DNA of 59,315 bases, from IMG/VR virus record IMGVR_UViG_3300044678_003809. One strand, given 5' to 3'. The stretch's first letter is position 1. Every line of letters begins with the position of its first letter. The translations under genes and the position numbers were made by a program. The DNA is from an uncultured virus (IMG/VR IMGVR_UViG_3300044678_003809) (Duplodnaviria > Heunggongvirae > Uroviricota > Caudoviricetes). This document shows, one piece after another, positions 14,607 through 23,304 of this stretch. Under the pieces are notes generated by a model that was not told the DNA's origin, searched no databases, and saw only the letters and a list, made by a program, of their open reading frames with translations.

Positions 14607-15154
14607 CAACTGCTCCAAGTCGTCGTATCCGAGAAGAACTGCAACTCCCTCTGCATACCACACCACTCCTCGTGGGTCATCTGCCGCCGGACCCCGAGAT
14701 GATGGGTAACGACCACAAGACTGTTTCGCGGGTGAGGCACGTAGGCGTGGAGATGGCGCCGCCGCAAGTAGAAAAACAGGGCCTCCGAGCCGCAGGTCGT
14801 CCCGTTGACGTTCGAGCCCAGGTACATCACCGTAGGCGCCCTCTGCAGCCACCGTTCGGTCTCGATGGGCCAATGGCGTGTGGGCCAACTGATCATGGCC
14901 ACGTCATAACGGAGCTTCCCGGGTCCATCTTCTATGTTCCGGCTGATTGGCGCCGTCTCGTGTTGGTCGACCTCAAGGACGGAAGTCGCGCCCGCTTCAC
15001 GAAGCTGGTTGGCCACGAACCCCGTCCCGCAGCCGAGGTCCAAAACGGTTTTTCCGGCGACCACCTGGGCCACCGTCTCCATCTGGAGGCCCGATTGGAT
15101 GATGCCCCACGAGCGCGTGGGCTCGAACAGTCGACCCCCGATCAACATGGCCAC
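14606..15154 (-). CDS. Class I SAM-dependent methyltransferase
   Basis: VLDLGCGTG motif I and YDVAMISWP. Confidence 0.75.
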   Translation of the reverse strand: MAMLIGGRLFEPTRSWGIIQSGLQMETVAQVVAGKTVLDLGCGTGFVANQLREAGATSVLEVDQHETAPISRNIEDGPGKLRYDVAMISWPTRHWPIETERWLQRAPTVMYLGSNVNGTTCGSEALFFYLRRRHLHAYVPHPRNSLVVVTHHLGVRRQMTHEEWCGMQRELQFFSDTTTWSS

Positions 15155-15345
15155 TACCCCTCTGATGGCGGCCTAATGCCCCGCCGGGCCTGGTCGCACG
15201 CGATCAGTTCACGCACCGCGCCCACGACGCCACGCACAAACGGGTCTGGGTGCTGGTCGAGGTCCGGGGACGGCGGCGCCACCTCACCGTTGAGGTAGAT
15301 CCGGCTGTAGGGGCTCGGAACTTCTTGGGGGGTCTTTTCACTCAC
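15154..15345 (-). CDS. Hypothetical protein
   Basis: Overlap-coupled in the minus-strand operon. Confidence 0.5.
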   Translation of the reverse strand: MSEKTPQEVPSPYSRIYLNGEVAPPSPDLDQHPDPFVRGVVGAVRELIACDQARRGIRPPSEG

Positions 15346-15664
15346 CCAGAGCCTCCAGTTGCATTTGCGTGCTCACGGCCACGACGAACCGCTGAAACAC
15401 CTGTGATCCGAGCCATCCCGGGCGCTTCCGCAGAACCCAAGCCAACGACTGCAGACACGGGTCAAGGTCGGCCAGGGTCAACAGGCCCCCCGTTCGACCC
15501 GTGCTGCCCAGCGTGCGCAATCGATCAAGCAGGCAGTCCGAGCACATGACGCCCTGCCGTAGCGCCACGGCCCGCTTCAGGTCCTCACGGAGCACAGGCC
15601 CACACGTCTTGCGGGTGATGGGCACCGTGCAGACGGCGCACGGAGCCGGCACCGAGCGCGTCAC
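15338..15664 (-). CDS. Hypothetical zinc-finger-like protein
   Basis: CAVC...CSDC, coupled overlaps. Confidence 0.55.
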   Translation of the reverse strand: MTRSVPAPCAVCTVPITRKTCGPVLREDLKRAVALRQGVMCSDCLLDRLRTLGSTGRTGGLLTLADLDPCLQSLAWVLRKRPGWLGSQVFQRFVVAVSTQMQLEALGE

Positions 15665-16038
15665 AGGGCAAGCTCCGACCAGCCGGGCAGGACCCCGTCA
15701 AGCCACGCATGGTGCGCCTCGATAGTCTCGGTCGGGGGGTACATGCGCCCCGCGCGCAACAGCCCCATGGTCATGCCCGCAGGCAGCCGATACGAGTCGA
15801 CTCGGTCGTTGCCCACCGCCACGCGGGCGGCCTCGAAGTCCATCCCCGGGTGGACGAGGCCGTCGGCGCTCGCGCAATCACGGCAGCACTTACCCGAGCC
15901 GTCCCGGGCCTGTGGGGCGAACGCCCCCAGCGGCAGACGCTGTAGCATCTCGGCGTCAAGACGACGCGCCGACACAAGCGCCAGGCACCGGGGGCACGGG
16001 TCATTCGGCATCGGGACGCTATGGGACAGACTGGTCAT
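15661..16038 (-). CDS. Hypothetical Cys-containing protein
   Basis: ATG 16038 overlaps the upstream stop. CPRC...CCRDC. Confidence 0.6.
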   Translation of the reverse strand: MTSLSHSVPMPNDPCPRCLALVSARRLDAEMLQRLPLGAFAPQARDGSGKCCRDCASADGLVHPGMDFEAARVAVGNDRVDSYRLPAGMTMGLLRAGRMYPPTETIEAHHAWLDGVLPGWSELAL

Positions 16039-16286
16039 TCCTGGCCTCGGTCGCGGTAGCAGTGGTCGAAGAACCGAACCCCGGTCTCCGTGTCGACCAC
16101 CCAGCCCTCGGGTGTCTCGGTGACGCGCGCCGCCGTCGCCGATATTGGATGCTCTTGGCCTGCGTCGTCCTGGCAGCGCCAAGCCAACTGACGGTGGCTC
16201 AGGTGGTAGTACCACCCCAGCAACGAGATGCCGATGGCGACGATGATCCAGATGCCCCTCTCGGGGCCTTTGTTCCGGTTGTACAT
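16035..16286 (-). CDS. Small single-TM protein
   Basis: GIWIIVAIGISLLGWYY. Confidence 0.6.
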   Translation of the reverse strand: MYNRNKGPERGIWIIVAIGISLLGWYYHLSHRQLAWRCQDDAGQEHPISATAARVTETPEGWVVDTETGVRFFDHCYRDRGQE

Positions 16287-16330
16287 GCTCAGGTTCTCGT
16301 TCGTGTACGCGAAGAATGTGAAGTCGCCGG

Positions 16331-16540
16331 CTACTTGTCAACCGGATTGTGCATATCCTTGAGGGCGTCGATGGCCATACGGAGAGCGACGGCCTCGTCT
16401 CGGTAGACGGCTACCGCGACGAGGTGGCTGGCCTTTCGGGCCCTGTCACTCACGCTGCGGCGGGTGTAGTCGTCAACCTTCCGGTCTAGGTGGACGACCA
16501 TCGCATCGAGAATCTCTAGCGCGGCATCACGGGTCATCAT
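16331..16540 (-). CDS. Hypothetical helical protein
   Basis: ORF coupled to the upstream gene. Confidence 0.55.
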   Translation of the reverse strand: MMTRDAALEILDAMVVHLDRKVDDYTRRSVSDRARKASHLVAVAVYRDEAVALRMAIDALKDMHNPVDK

Positions 16541-16755
16541 GTCGGGCTCTGGGTGTAGGCAAGCCTGTTTCTCCGCAAGAAGGCGTACAACCGTACGACC
16601 CTCGCGATGTCCAGGGGCAGGTGCGGGCGCTCGGCGATGGCATGCCGCACGTACACGTTGACATCTCCAGCCAGTTGGACCACGAGGTCCGGGGGCAGGT
16701 CGGCGCGTTGCGCCATCGCGTGACGCTGCCGATCCTCCTCCAATTCGATAATCAT
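16537..16755 (-). CDS. Leucine-rich-repeat-variant (LRV)-like small protein
   Basis: LPPDLVVQLAGDVNVYVRHAIAERPHLP. AAGGAG RBS. Confidence 0.6.
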   Translation of the reverse strand: MIIELEEDRQRHAMAQRADLPPDLVVQLAGDVNVYVRHAIAERPHLPLDIARVVRLYAFLRRNRLAYTQSPT

Positions 16756-17014
16756 CTCGGCTCCTTCAGAGGCTGAAGTGGACGCACGACAGGGAGCGGT
16801 ATTTTCTCCGGGTTCTCGTTCGTCCTGCCCCTGTCGACGCACGGCCCCTACAATAAATTCACAGGATCTCGTTTTTCGTTATTTTTTACCTCGGCAGCTC
16901 CTGGGGGAAGCTGCGGTAACGAAAATTGCGTGGGAAACGCTTTTTTATGAATTTTCTGTGGGGGTCGTGCGTCGGGAAGGGCAGGAAGAACAAGAACGCG
17001 AACAAGGAGACGTC
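16756..17014. promoter_or_regulatory. AT-rich divergent intergenic control region
   Basis: Poly-T/A tracts between divergently oriented operons. No clean -35/-10 pair identified. Confidence 0.45.
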
Positions 17015-17542
17015 ATGTGGCTCAAAGTGAGCTACCTGACCACTGGGGACATCCAGTGGTTCGGGGAATCGGCGGCGTGGGTGGAACGCCTGCGTCGCTG
17101 TGGCCAACGGAGCCCGCGGGGGCTCCGAGCAGCCCTCAAGAGCTTGCCCGTGGTGGGGTCGGCCACAAACTGTGGCCCATACCGTATCGAGCACGCCCAG
17201 GGATTGTGGGGTGATAAGCTCCGCGAAGTCGCGCAACAATTGCGAGCAGGGCAGTCGCTGCCCGAGGCGGTCGACTACGTGATGGGCGACTATGTCTACG
17301 CTGCCCTCGAATGGCAGCGCAGGATGGACGAGGCAGACGGGATCGACCTGGTCGTCGACATGGACGAGATCACGATCGTCCTCGGTGCGAGCCGGGCGTA
17401 CCTATCTCGCATGGCCGGAGGCATACAACTCTGCGACCCGACATCCGGTATCCGATTTCTACACGAAAGCGAAACGCTGGTGAGCGTCGTACAGCAAGTG
17501 TGGGCCCGGTCTGGGGTCTACGGAAAGTGGGCGCTGAAATGA
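17015..17542 (+). CDS. Hypothetical protein
   Basis: AAGGAG RBS before ATG 17015. Confidence 0.65.
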   Translation: MWLKVSYLTTGDIQWFGESAAWVERLRRCGQRSPRGLRAALKSLPVVGSATNCGPYRIEHAQGLWGDKLREVAQQLRAGQSLPEAVDYVMGDYVYAALEWQRRMDEADGIDLVVDMDEITIVLGASRAYLSRMAGGIQLCDPTSGIRFLHESETLVSVVQQVWARSGVYGKWALK

Positions 17543-18030
17543 CTACTGCCCGAGAACTCGCAGCCCTTTTCGGTGACAACGGGCAGACCCGTCACACGGC
17601 CGACGGCCGCAACATGCTCGAGGTGGCACGCGACCTCGGCGCGGCCGTCGAGTACCCCAACGGCCACGGCCACGGCCACGGCCAGGCGCCACTCGTCTAC
17701 GTGTTCGACGACGGCTCCGCGGTGGTCGAGATGGACGGCGGGTGGGACTACCGCGCCGAGGGCTGCGAAACGACGTGCTGGGCGGGCGTGGGCTGCCAGT
17801 GCGCAACCACGAACGTCCGAGAGGCCGTTCGGGGCTACGATGGACATTCGGTCCTGTGCGGGACATGGGCCGGGCCGCCGACCGACGCGGCGAACGACGA
17901 CGCCCGAGGCAAGGTCCTCGAAGGCCTGCGCACGGCCGGATTTCACGTATTCAGCGAGGACCTGTCGGTACTCAACGACGGGACCTGGGAAGTCGACGCA
18001 CACGACGCGCCGGAGGATGACGTATGCTGA
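17539..18030 (+). CDS. Hypothetical acidic protein
   Basis: ATGA coupling. Contains a GHGHGHG micro-repeat. Confidence 0.6.
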   Translation: MTTARELAALFGDNGQTRHTADGRNMLEVARDLGAAVEYPNGHGHGHGQAPLVYVFDDGSAVVEMDGGWDYRAEGCETTCWAGVGCQCATTNVREAVRGYDGHSVLCGTWAGPPTDAANDDARGKVLEGLRTAGFHVFSEDLSVLNDGTWEVDAHDAPEDDVC

Positions 18031-18296
18031 AATACGAACGGTTCCTTTCGGATTTCATCAGCGGCAACAAGAGGTTGCCGGCCCCCCGCGGGGCCCGGGA
18101 GAGATGCTTGGAGGCCGAGATGGCCGACCTCCCCGAAGAGGCCCTCGCGCGTCTGGCGGGCGACCCAGACCCTCGGGTCCGTATTCGGGTTGCAGCCCGG
18201 GAAGGGCTCCCTGAGCAAGTCGTCCGCATGCTCGCAGGCGACCCCGACTGGTACGTCAGGCAGCAACTCCAGGCCGTTGCGGACAAAACGGCCTAG
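18024..18296 (+). CDS. LRV-repeat-like protein
   Basis: LPEEALARLAGDPDPRVR and LPEQVVRMLAGDPDWYVR. Confidence 0.65.
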   Translation: MLKYERFLSDFISGNKRLPAPRGARERCLEAEMADLPEEALARLAGDPDPRVRIRVAAREGLPEQVVRMLAGDPDWYVRQQLQAVADKTA

Positions 18297-18387
18297 CTGC
18301 CCCTGGGCGGCACGAACAATGAAAACGGCTACTACCCCAGCGGGGTACCCATGGAAACGCCCGTAAACGGGCGGCTGGAGGCCTTCC

Positions 18388-18690
18388 TTGACCCATCAAG
18401 AGGTCGACGTGGCGGAGTTCTACTCCATCGCCCCCAATGTCGTGGGGGCATGGAGGTCGACATGCGCTGCCGCCGTCGCCCTGTGGGCCGCGCAGCAACG
18501 GCGGCCCCAGCGGGCCCTCGCGGTCCTGCGGGACGCGATGTCGCAGGACGAGTACCTGGAGCGCATCGTCCTGCGGGGCGACCAACTTTGGGTCACCATT
18601 GCGCTCGACCCCAAGGGGCTCACCCCCCTACGGATTGAGTGGCAGATCCCGCAGGGGAAGTGGAAAGAGCGGGAGATGGGGCGCGCGTAG
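18388..18690 (+). CDS. Hypothetical protein
   Basis: Plausible composition. Start uncertain. Confidence 0.5.
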   Translation: MTHQEVDVAEFYSIAPNVVGAWRSTCAAAVALWAAQQRRPQRALAVLRDAMSQDEYLERIVLRGDQLWVTIALDPKGLTPLRIEWQIPQGKWKEREMGRA

Positions 18691-18695
18691 ACGCC

Positions 18696-19316
18696 CTATT
18701 CGCCTGCAGGCGCCCCGGGGGGCACCATGGGCGTCACTGCCCGGGGGCGGGACCGGCTGCGCGCCTTTACGGGGCTGCCAGAGGCCTCGGCGACGTCGTC
18801 CCACCCGGTTGGGGCGGCGACGGGGTACCCGTGGGCCTGCAGGCTCTGGAGCGCGTCGATGGCGCCGCGGCCCACGATGGTTGCCCATCCACGGGCCTGC
18901 AGCCAGGCGAGCCAGTCGGACTGCTCGCTGGCAACACGGCCGCCCGACTCGCGCTTCATCTCGAGCGCGCAGCAGCTCCGCGCATCGAGCGTCGCGAGGA
19001 GCCGGCGCACGAGCATATCCGGGGCCGCCTGCGCCACGGCCGAGCGCAGCATGGCCAGTTCCTCGTCCCCCAGCGGCAGTTCGCCATCGGGGACGGGACG
19101 CCCGACCAAGATCAGGTCCGGCACCCCCGGAACGACCCCCTGGGCCGCGAGCCGTGCTCGTTCGCCACGCTGACGGCTGCCGCCGTTCGGCACCGCGAAG
19201 AACCGGACTTGGCCGCCGCTTCGGACCTGCAGGCGGCGCAGCTCCTTCACGACGAAGATCTGGTCCGGGGTCTCTCGGGCCGTGCTGACGCTGCTCTTCC
19301 GGGGGCTTCTGCGCAT
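18696..19316 (-). CDS. VRR-NUC domain nuclease
   Basis: FAVPNGG.R, GVVPGVPDL, LEMK...GR...EQ..W...L...GW. Confidence 0.9.
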   Translation of the reverse strand: MRRSPRKSSVSTARETPDQIFVVKELRRLQVRSGGQVRFFAVPNGGSRQRGERARLAAQGVVPGVPDLILVGRPVPDGELPLGDEELAMLRSAVAQAAPDMLVRRLLATLDARSCCALEMKRESGGRVASEQSDWLAWLQARGWATIVGRGAIDALQSLQAHGYPVAAPTGWDDVAEASGSPVKARSRSRPRAVTPMVPPGAPAGE

Positions 19317-19355
19317 GCCGAGCACTAGGCCAGAACGAGGCCCCGAGGTCAATTC

Positions 19356-19830
19356 CTGTAGGGTTCGGGTCTCGGATGTAGGGTTTGCAACGAACCCTAC
19401 AGCGTCTCCAGGCCGCATGGCACTAGGCCGCTGTAGGGTTCTGTAGGGTCTGTAGGGTTGTTTATATGCGTACAGGATCGCCCACCCGCATAGCATAGCG
19501 TAGCGCATAGCGCGCATCACGCGTTACGCACGCTATACGCTACGCTACGCTACGCTACGCGCATCGTGCGCATACGGGATCGCGCGAGGAACCCTACATA
19601 CCCTACAGCGGCCCGTTTTCCCTTTTGGGAACGCAGGTTTACAGCCTGTAGGGTTGCTCCCCAGGGTGGCCTGAACCCTACAGTCGAGGCCCATCCCTAC
19701 AGCCTTCGGCCCCGTTTCGACCCCCGCGGGATGGCGTATCAGACCACACATGGTGATCTCAGCACGCCTACATCCACACCCGTAACCACATTAGGCCGAC
19801 TGTGGTCCCCCGTGAGTACATGTGGTCGCG
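19356..19830. other. Putative replication origin: iterons in inverted arrangement
   Basis: 11 copies of the core TGTAGGG/CCCTACA, a 14-bp inverted repeat (19426-19439 / 19600-19613) and (TACGC)5. Lies directly downstream of the primase-helicase. Confidence 0.65.
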
Positions 19831-19836
19831 GGTGGT

Positions 19837-22566
19837 CTACTTGCCTTCCGGCGACTGCCCCGGGAGCACGAGGGCCCTCCGCTCGAGGAGGTAGTACATC
19901 CCCGTTTCTTTCCGACTGTGGGGCACATCGAGCAACTTCATGCGTCGGCCCCACTTTGTGCTCGTCATGGTCTTGTGGCCGTTCATGGCGGCCCACCGGC
20001 TGAAATCCTCGTACAGGGTCGCCGAGCTGAAAAGCCCCGTCGGATTCCCGGGCGTCGGCGGCCACACATACCGGGCGTGCAGCCAACTGGACACCTGGTC
20101 CGTCGACTCGCGCCACTCCTGCACGTTGGTGCGCATCGACGCGGTCTCGGTGTACGCATCGCGCTCAAGCAGACGTGCGGCCCCCCGCAGGGCCCATGAC
20201 AGGATGCTGCCCAACTCGGTGCCGATCACGCGATCGCTGAGGCGCTTGTCCTGCTCTGCGGTGCTGAACCGCCGGTCCCACGAGATGATCAGCCAGCGTC
20301 GGAAGAACCCGTCGGTCATGTCCGTGACCGCCGGCAGGTTGTTGGCGCTGAAAATGTGTCCCGCGACGGGCCGAAACGCGAAGGGTGCCTCGCGGATGTG
20401 GCGGCCGACGACCTGGTCGCCCGAGATCATTGCCTTGATGGCCTCACTGGCCAGGATGTCGCTCTCGGGCAGCTCGCTGACCATGTTGATCCGCGAGCCT
20501 GCGAGCATCGCGCGGCGGTACTCGTTGTCCATCTCCTGGGGAGGCACCGCGGTGACGGCGTTCTTCGGAAACAGGGCCGTGATGATGGTCTGGAACGTCG
20601 ACTTACCGTTCGCGCCGTGGCCGACGAGCATCAGGCCCTTCTGGTACTTCGTCGACATGCCCATGAGAGCTGCGCCGGTGAACTCCTGCAGTACCTTGAT
20701 CTTCTCTTCGCAGTCGGTGTCATCTCGAAAACACTGCCGCAGGTACTGCAGGAACAACTCCGGTGTCGCGTTCTCCTCTGCCCTGATCGGGAGGCCGAAG
20801 AGACAGTGGTGATGGGGGTCGTGGTCGATGACCACCACGCGCCCGTCTTGGACGGTGGCGAACCCGTTCTCGCAGGCGACTCCAGGGACCTGATCCTCGT
20901 AGAAACCCTGTGCTGATGCGGCCCGGCGTACGACGTTGGCCACGGCCTCGATCTTCGCGTTGCTCAACAGCAGTGGGCGGGGGTCGCCCTTCATCGTGAG
21001 CACGGGCTCGCCGTGAAGCGACATGATCAGGGCCTCGACCACGGCGTCTGGGACGCGTCGCCAGTAGCCAAGATCGGGGTGGTACCGCCAGAGGTCGCCG
21101 AGGTCGAACACCGTGATGTAGTTCTCGCGCTCCATCTCGACGAGAACGTGCTCGGCAATGTCTTGGTCGGAGTCACTCGCGAAGCGAGGGGCTGAGGTGG
21201 GCCCGGAGGCTTGGGTCATCCGGTTCACGAGCACGCCAATCCGACGAGGCCCCACCGGCAGACCGTGGTAGTCGATGGCCCACTTAGCGTCGAGCAGGAA
21301 GTCACCACGTCCGGCAGGCCCCGCAGCCCGGTTTTGGCGCATTGCAGCGGGCGCCGCTTTGGCTTCCGCAGCCTCTGCTGTCGCCATCTCCTTCAGTACG
21401 CGGTCTCGCGCCTCCCCGGGGACACGTAGAAGCGCCGTGAGAGGGCTGCTCTTCGCCGGGGACGGTGGCGGCGGTGCCGCTTCCGGCCCGGCCAATTCGT
21501 CCTCCAGCCGGGGTGTCGGAGTCTCTTCCGGCTCGTCGAATTCGTTCTCGGGCTTGGCGCCGCCCCCAAGCCTCGGGGTGGTCTGCGTAGCCTTCGTCGC
21601 TTGCTGCACCACGGTCGATGCAGACTCGACAACCCGCTGCCGCATCGCGTGGGCGACGGCTTGGTACGTCTGGGGGGGTGACCACGAGGTGGAGGACTCC
21701 ACCATGTGGACGATCTCTTCGTCGGGCAGTGGCGGTTCGCACTGCTGCTCGTTGGTCGTTCTCACCGCCGCCAAGATGGCCTCGGGGGTGAGCCCGTTCC
21801 GGTGCAGCGACCCCACCAGCCGCACCAACTCGCTGTTCCGGTTCTGGGTGATCTTGGCGGGGACCTTGTACTGCTGCCCCGTCGCCTTGACGGCGCCGAT
21901 GCCCGCAAATGCACCAGATCCCGTTTTTCGCGTGTCTTTTGACCCCCCCGTCGGCATCGACCAGTTCAGATTCCCGAGCCGACTGAAGTCCGTGAAAAGA
22001 CGTTGGTTTTTGCCTCCTCGAACGACTTTCGGCAGCCGATAGCTGCGTCCCCAGTCGACGAGTTCGTCGGCCTCGATACCGGCGCATCGCAGCTCGGCTC
22101 GGAAGGCCTTCGCGTAGGCCAGAAACGCGTCGATGCCCATCGGCTCGGACAGCCGCCACACGAGGCGGTACCCACCTCGCGAACGGTAGATTCCGGCCGT
22201 ACTCGCCCAGGGGAGCTTGGCGACGAGCGCCTGGTGCTCGGCGAACCACTCATCGCTCGCCGGCTCATTGCTCTTGTGGGCGACGGCGTTGTCCACGTCG
22301 ATGAACAGCGCGGTCATCTCGACTCTGAAGCCCTGCTCGCCGAGCGCCTTCAGCGAGTCCTTGCGCAGCCGCGCGATGGTCGTCGGATACTCACCGTCTG
22401 CGCCGACCAAGCGACCAGGCCAGCAGTGGGCGTCTGTGGTGTACTCGCCCTCCAGGGCTTCGAGCAGTCCTTTGACGGGACAGGGGGTCAACTCCTCCAA
22501 GTGCTCGAGCGTTCCGTCCCAGCCCCTAAGGTACGGTGATTCCCAGATCGTGACCTCCGGCGTCAT
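19837..22566 (-). CDS. Primase-helicase (primase-like N-terminus, PriCT-1, D5-like SF3 helicase)
   Basis: RNSELVRLVGSL...CEPPLPDEEI (PriCT-1), Walker A GHGANGKST, VSE, KAMISGD, FFRRW. Confidence 0.9.
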   Translation of the reverse strand: MTPEVTIWESPYLRGWDGTLEHLEELTPCPVKGLLEALEGEYTTDAHCWPGRLVGADGEYPTTIARLRKDSLKALGEQGFRVEMTALFIDVDNAVAHKSNEPASDEWFAEHQALVAKLPWASTAGIYRSRGGYRLVWRLSEPMGIDAFLAYAKAFRAELRCAGIEADELVDWGRSYRLPKVVRGGKNQRLFTDFSRLGNLNWSMPTGGSKDTRKTGSGAFAGIGAVKATGQQYKVPAKITQNRNSELVRLVGSLHRNGLTPEAILAAVRTTNEQQCEPPLPDEEIVHMVESSTSWSPPQTYQAVAHAMRQRVVESASTVVQQATKATQTTPRLGGGAKPENEFDEPEETPTPRLEDELAGPEAAPPPPSPAKSSPLTALLRVPGEARDRVLKEMATAEAAEAKAAPAAMRQNRAAGPAGRGDFLLDAKWAIDYHGLPVGPRRIGVLVNRMTQASGPTSAPRFASDSDQDIAEHVLVEMERENYITVFDLGDLWRYHPDLGYWRRVPDAVVEALIMSLHGEPVLTMKGDPRPLLLSNAKIEAVANVVRRAASAQGFYEDQVPGVACENGFATVQDGRVVVIDHDPHHHCLFGLPIRAEENATPELFLQYLRQCFRDDTDCEEKIKVLQEFTGAALMGMSTKYQKGLMLVGHGANGKSTFQTIITALFPKNAVTAVPPQEMDNEYRRAMLAGSRINMVSELPESDILASEAIKAMISGDQVVGRHIREAPFAFRPVAGHIFSANNLPAVTDMTDGFFRRWLIISWDRRFSTAEQDKRLSDRVIGTELGSILSWALRGAARLLERDAYTETASMRTNVQEWRESTDQVSSWLHARYVWPPTPGNPTGLFSSATLYEDFSRWAAMNGHKTMTSTKWGRRMKLLDVPHSRKETGMYYLLERRALVLPGQSPEGK

Positions 22567-22763
22567 TGGCTGACCCCTTGATCACGGAGGGTGCTGGCGG
22601 TGACCCGGCCCGCCGACAACTTCTCGATTCGAGCCAGATGCGCGGCTCGGGGCGCGCTTCGACCATCAATCCACTGGTACACCGCCTGTTTCGTCACGCC
22701 CAACTCCCGGGCCAACCAGGGGACTCGACGTCCGATGTACCGCAGCCATTCATGCAGTGACAC
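22563..22763 (-). CDS. Cro-like HTH regulator
   Basis: LARELGVTKQAVYQWIDGRSAP...IEKLSAGRV. Confidence 0.85.
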   Translation of the reverse strand: MSLHEWLRYIGRRVPWLARELGVTKQAVYQWIDGRSAPRAAHLARIEKLSAGRVTASTLRDQGVSQ

Positions 22764-22828
22764 GGCAACTCCTGAGCTTGTACACGCTCGCGGGTATCTC
22801 ACGGCGCGAAAAAAAAGTGAAGAGGTTA

Positions 22829-22857
22829 TTGACCATTATGATGGATGCCCATATAAA
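22829..22857 (+). promoter_or_regulatory. Sigma70-like promoter of the replication operon
   Basis: TTGACC-N17-TATAAA, with an upstream A-tract (UP-like). Confidence 0.7.
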
Positions 22858-22890
22858 CGCGGGGCCAGAACGACAACGAGAAGCATCACA

Positions 22891-23241
22891 ATGACCAACT
22901 TGGAACTGCTCGTGACCCCGCCGAGCGAGATCCTCGAGAAGTGGCTGCAGGAGGCCCGTGCGGCGGGCCTCGACGTGCAGATGCTCGAAGATCTGGTGTT
23001 GGCGGTCCGTGAATTGGAAGAATCGTTTTCCGAGAAACAGACCGTGCATGCCGACTTGATGGCAGCCGTCGACTTCGGCATCGCGGCCATGCCCGACGAC
23101 GAGTCGGAGCGTTTTCGAGATGCCAACGCTCTCAAGATGGTGGAGTTCTTCGTGCAGAAGGCCGAGGACGCGGAGACGGCGCGCCAGCAATTGGTCAAGG
23201 CTCTCGAGGCCTTGATTCAGGACAGCAAGACGAAGCCCTGA
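22891..23241 (+). CDS. Hypothetical helical protein
   Basis: First ATG downstream of the promoter. Confidence 0.65.
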   Translation: MTNLELLVTPPSEILEKWLQEARAAGLDVQMLEDLVLAVRELEESFSEKQTVHADLMAAVDFGIAAMPDDESERFRDANALKMVEFFVQKAEDAETARQQLVKALEALIQDSKTKP

Positions 23242-23304
23242 GGGCCAAGCCTTCAGGCGATCATTCAGGATGCCTGCTGAACAGGCGTGGATCAGGAGAA
23301 CAAG

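Noticed and set aside
19356..19830. CRISPR array
   Set aside because: The repeats are 7-10 bp, in both orientations and irregularly spaced. No cas genes.
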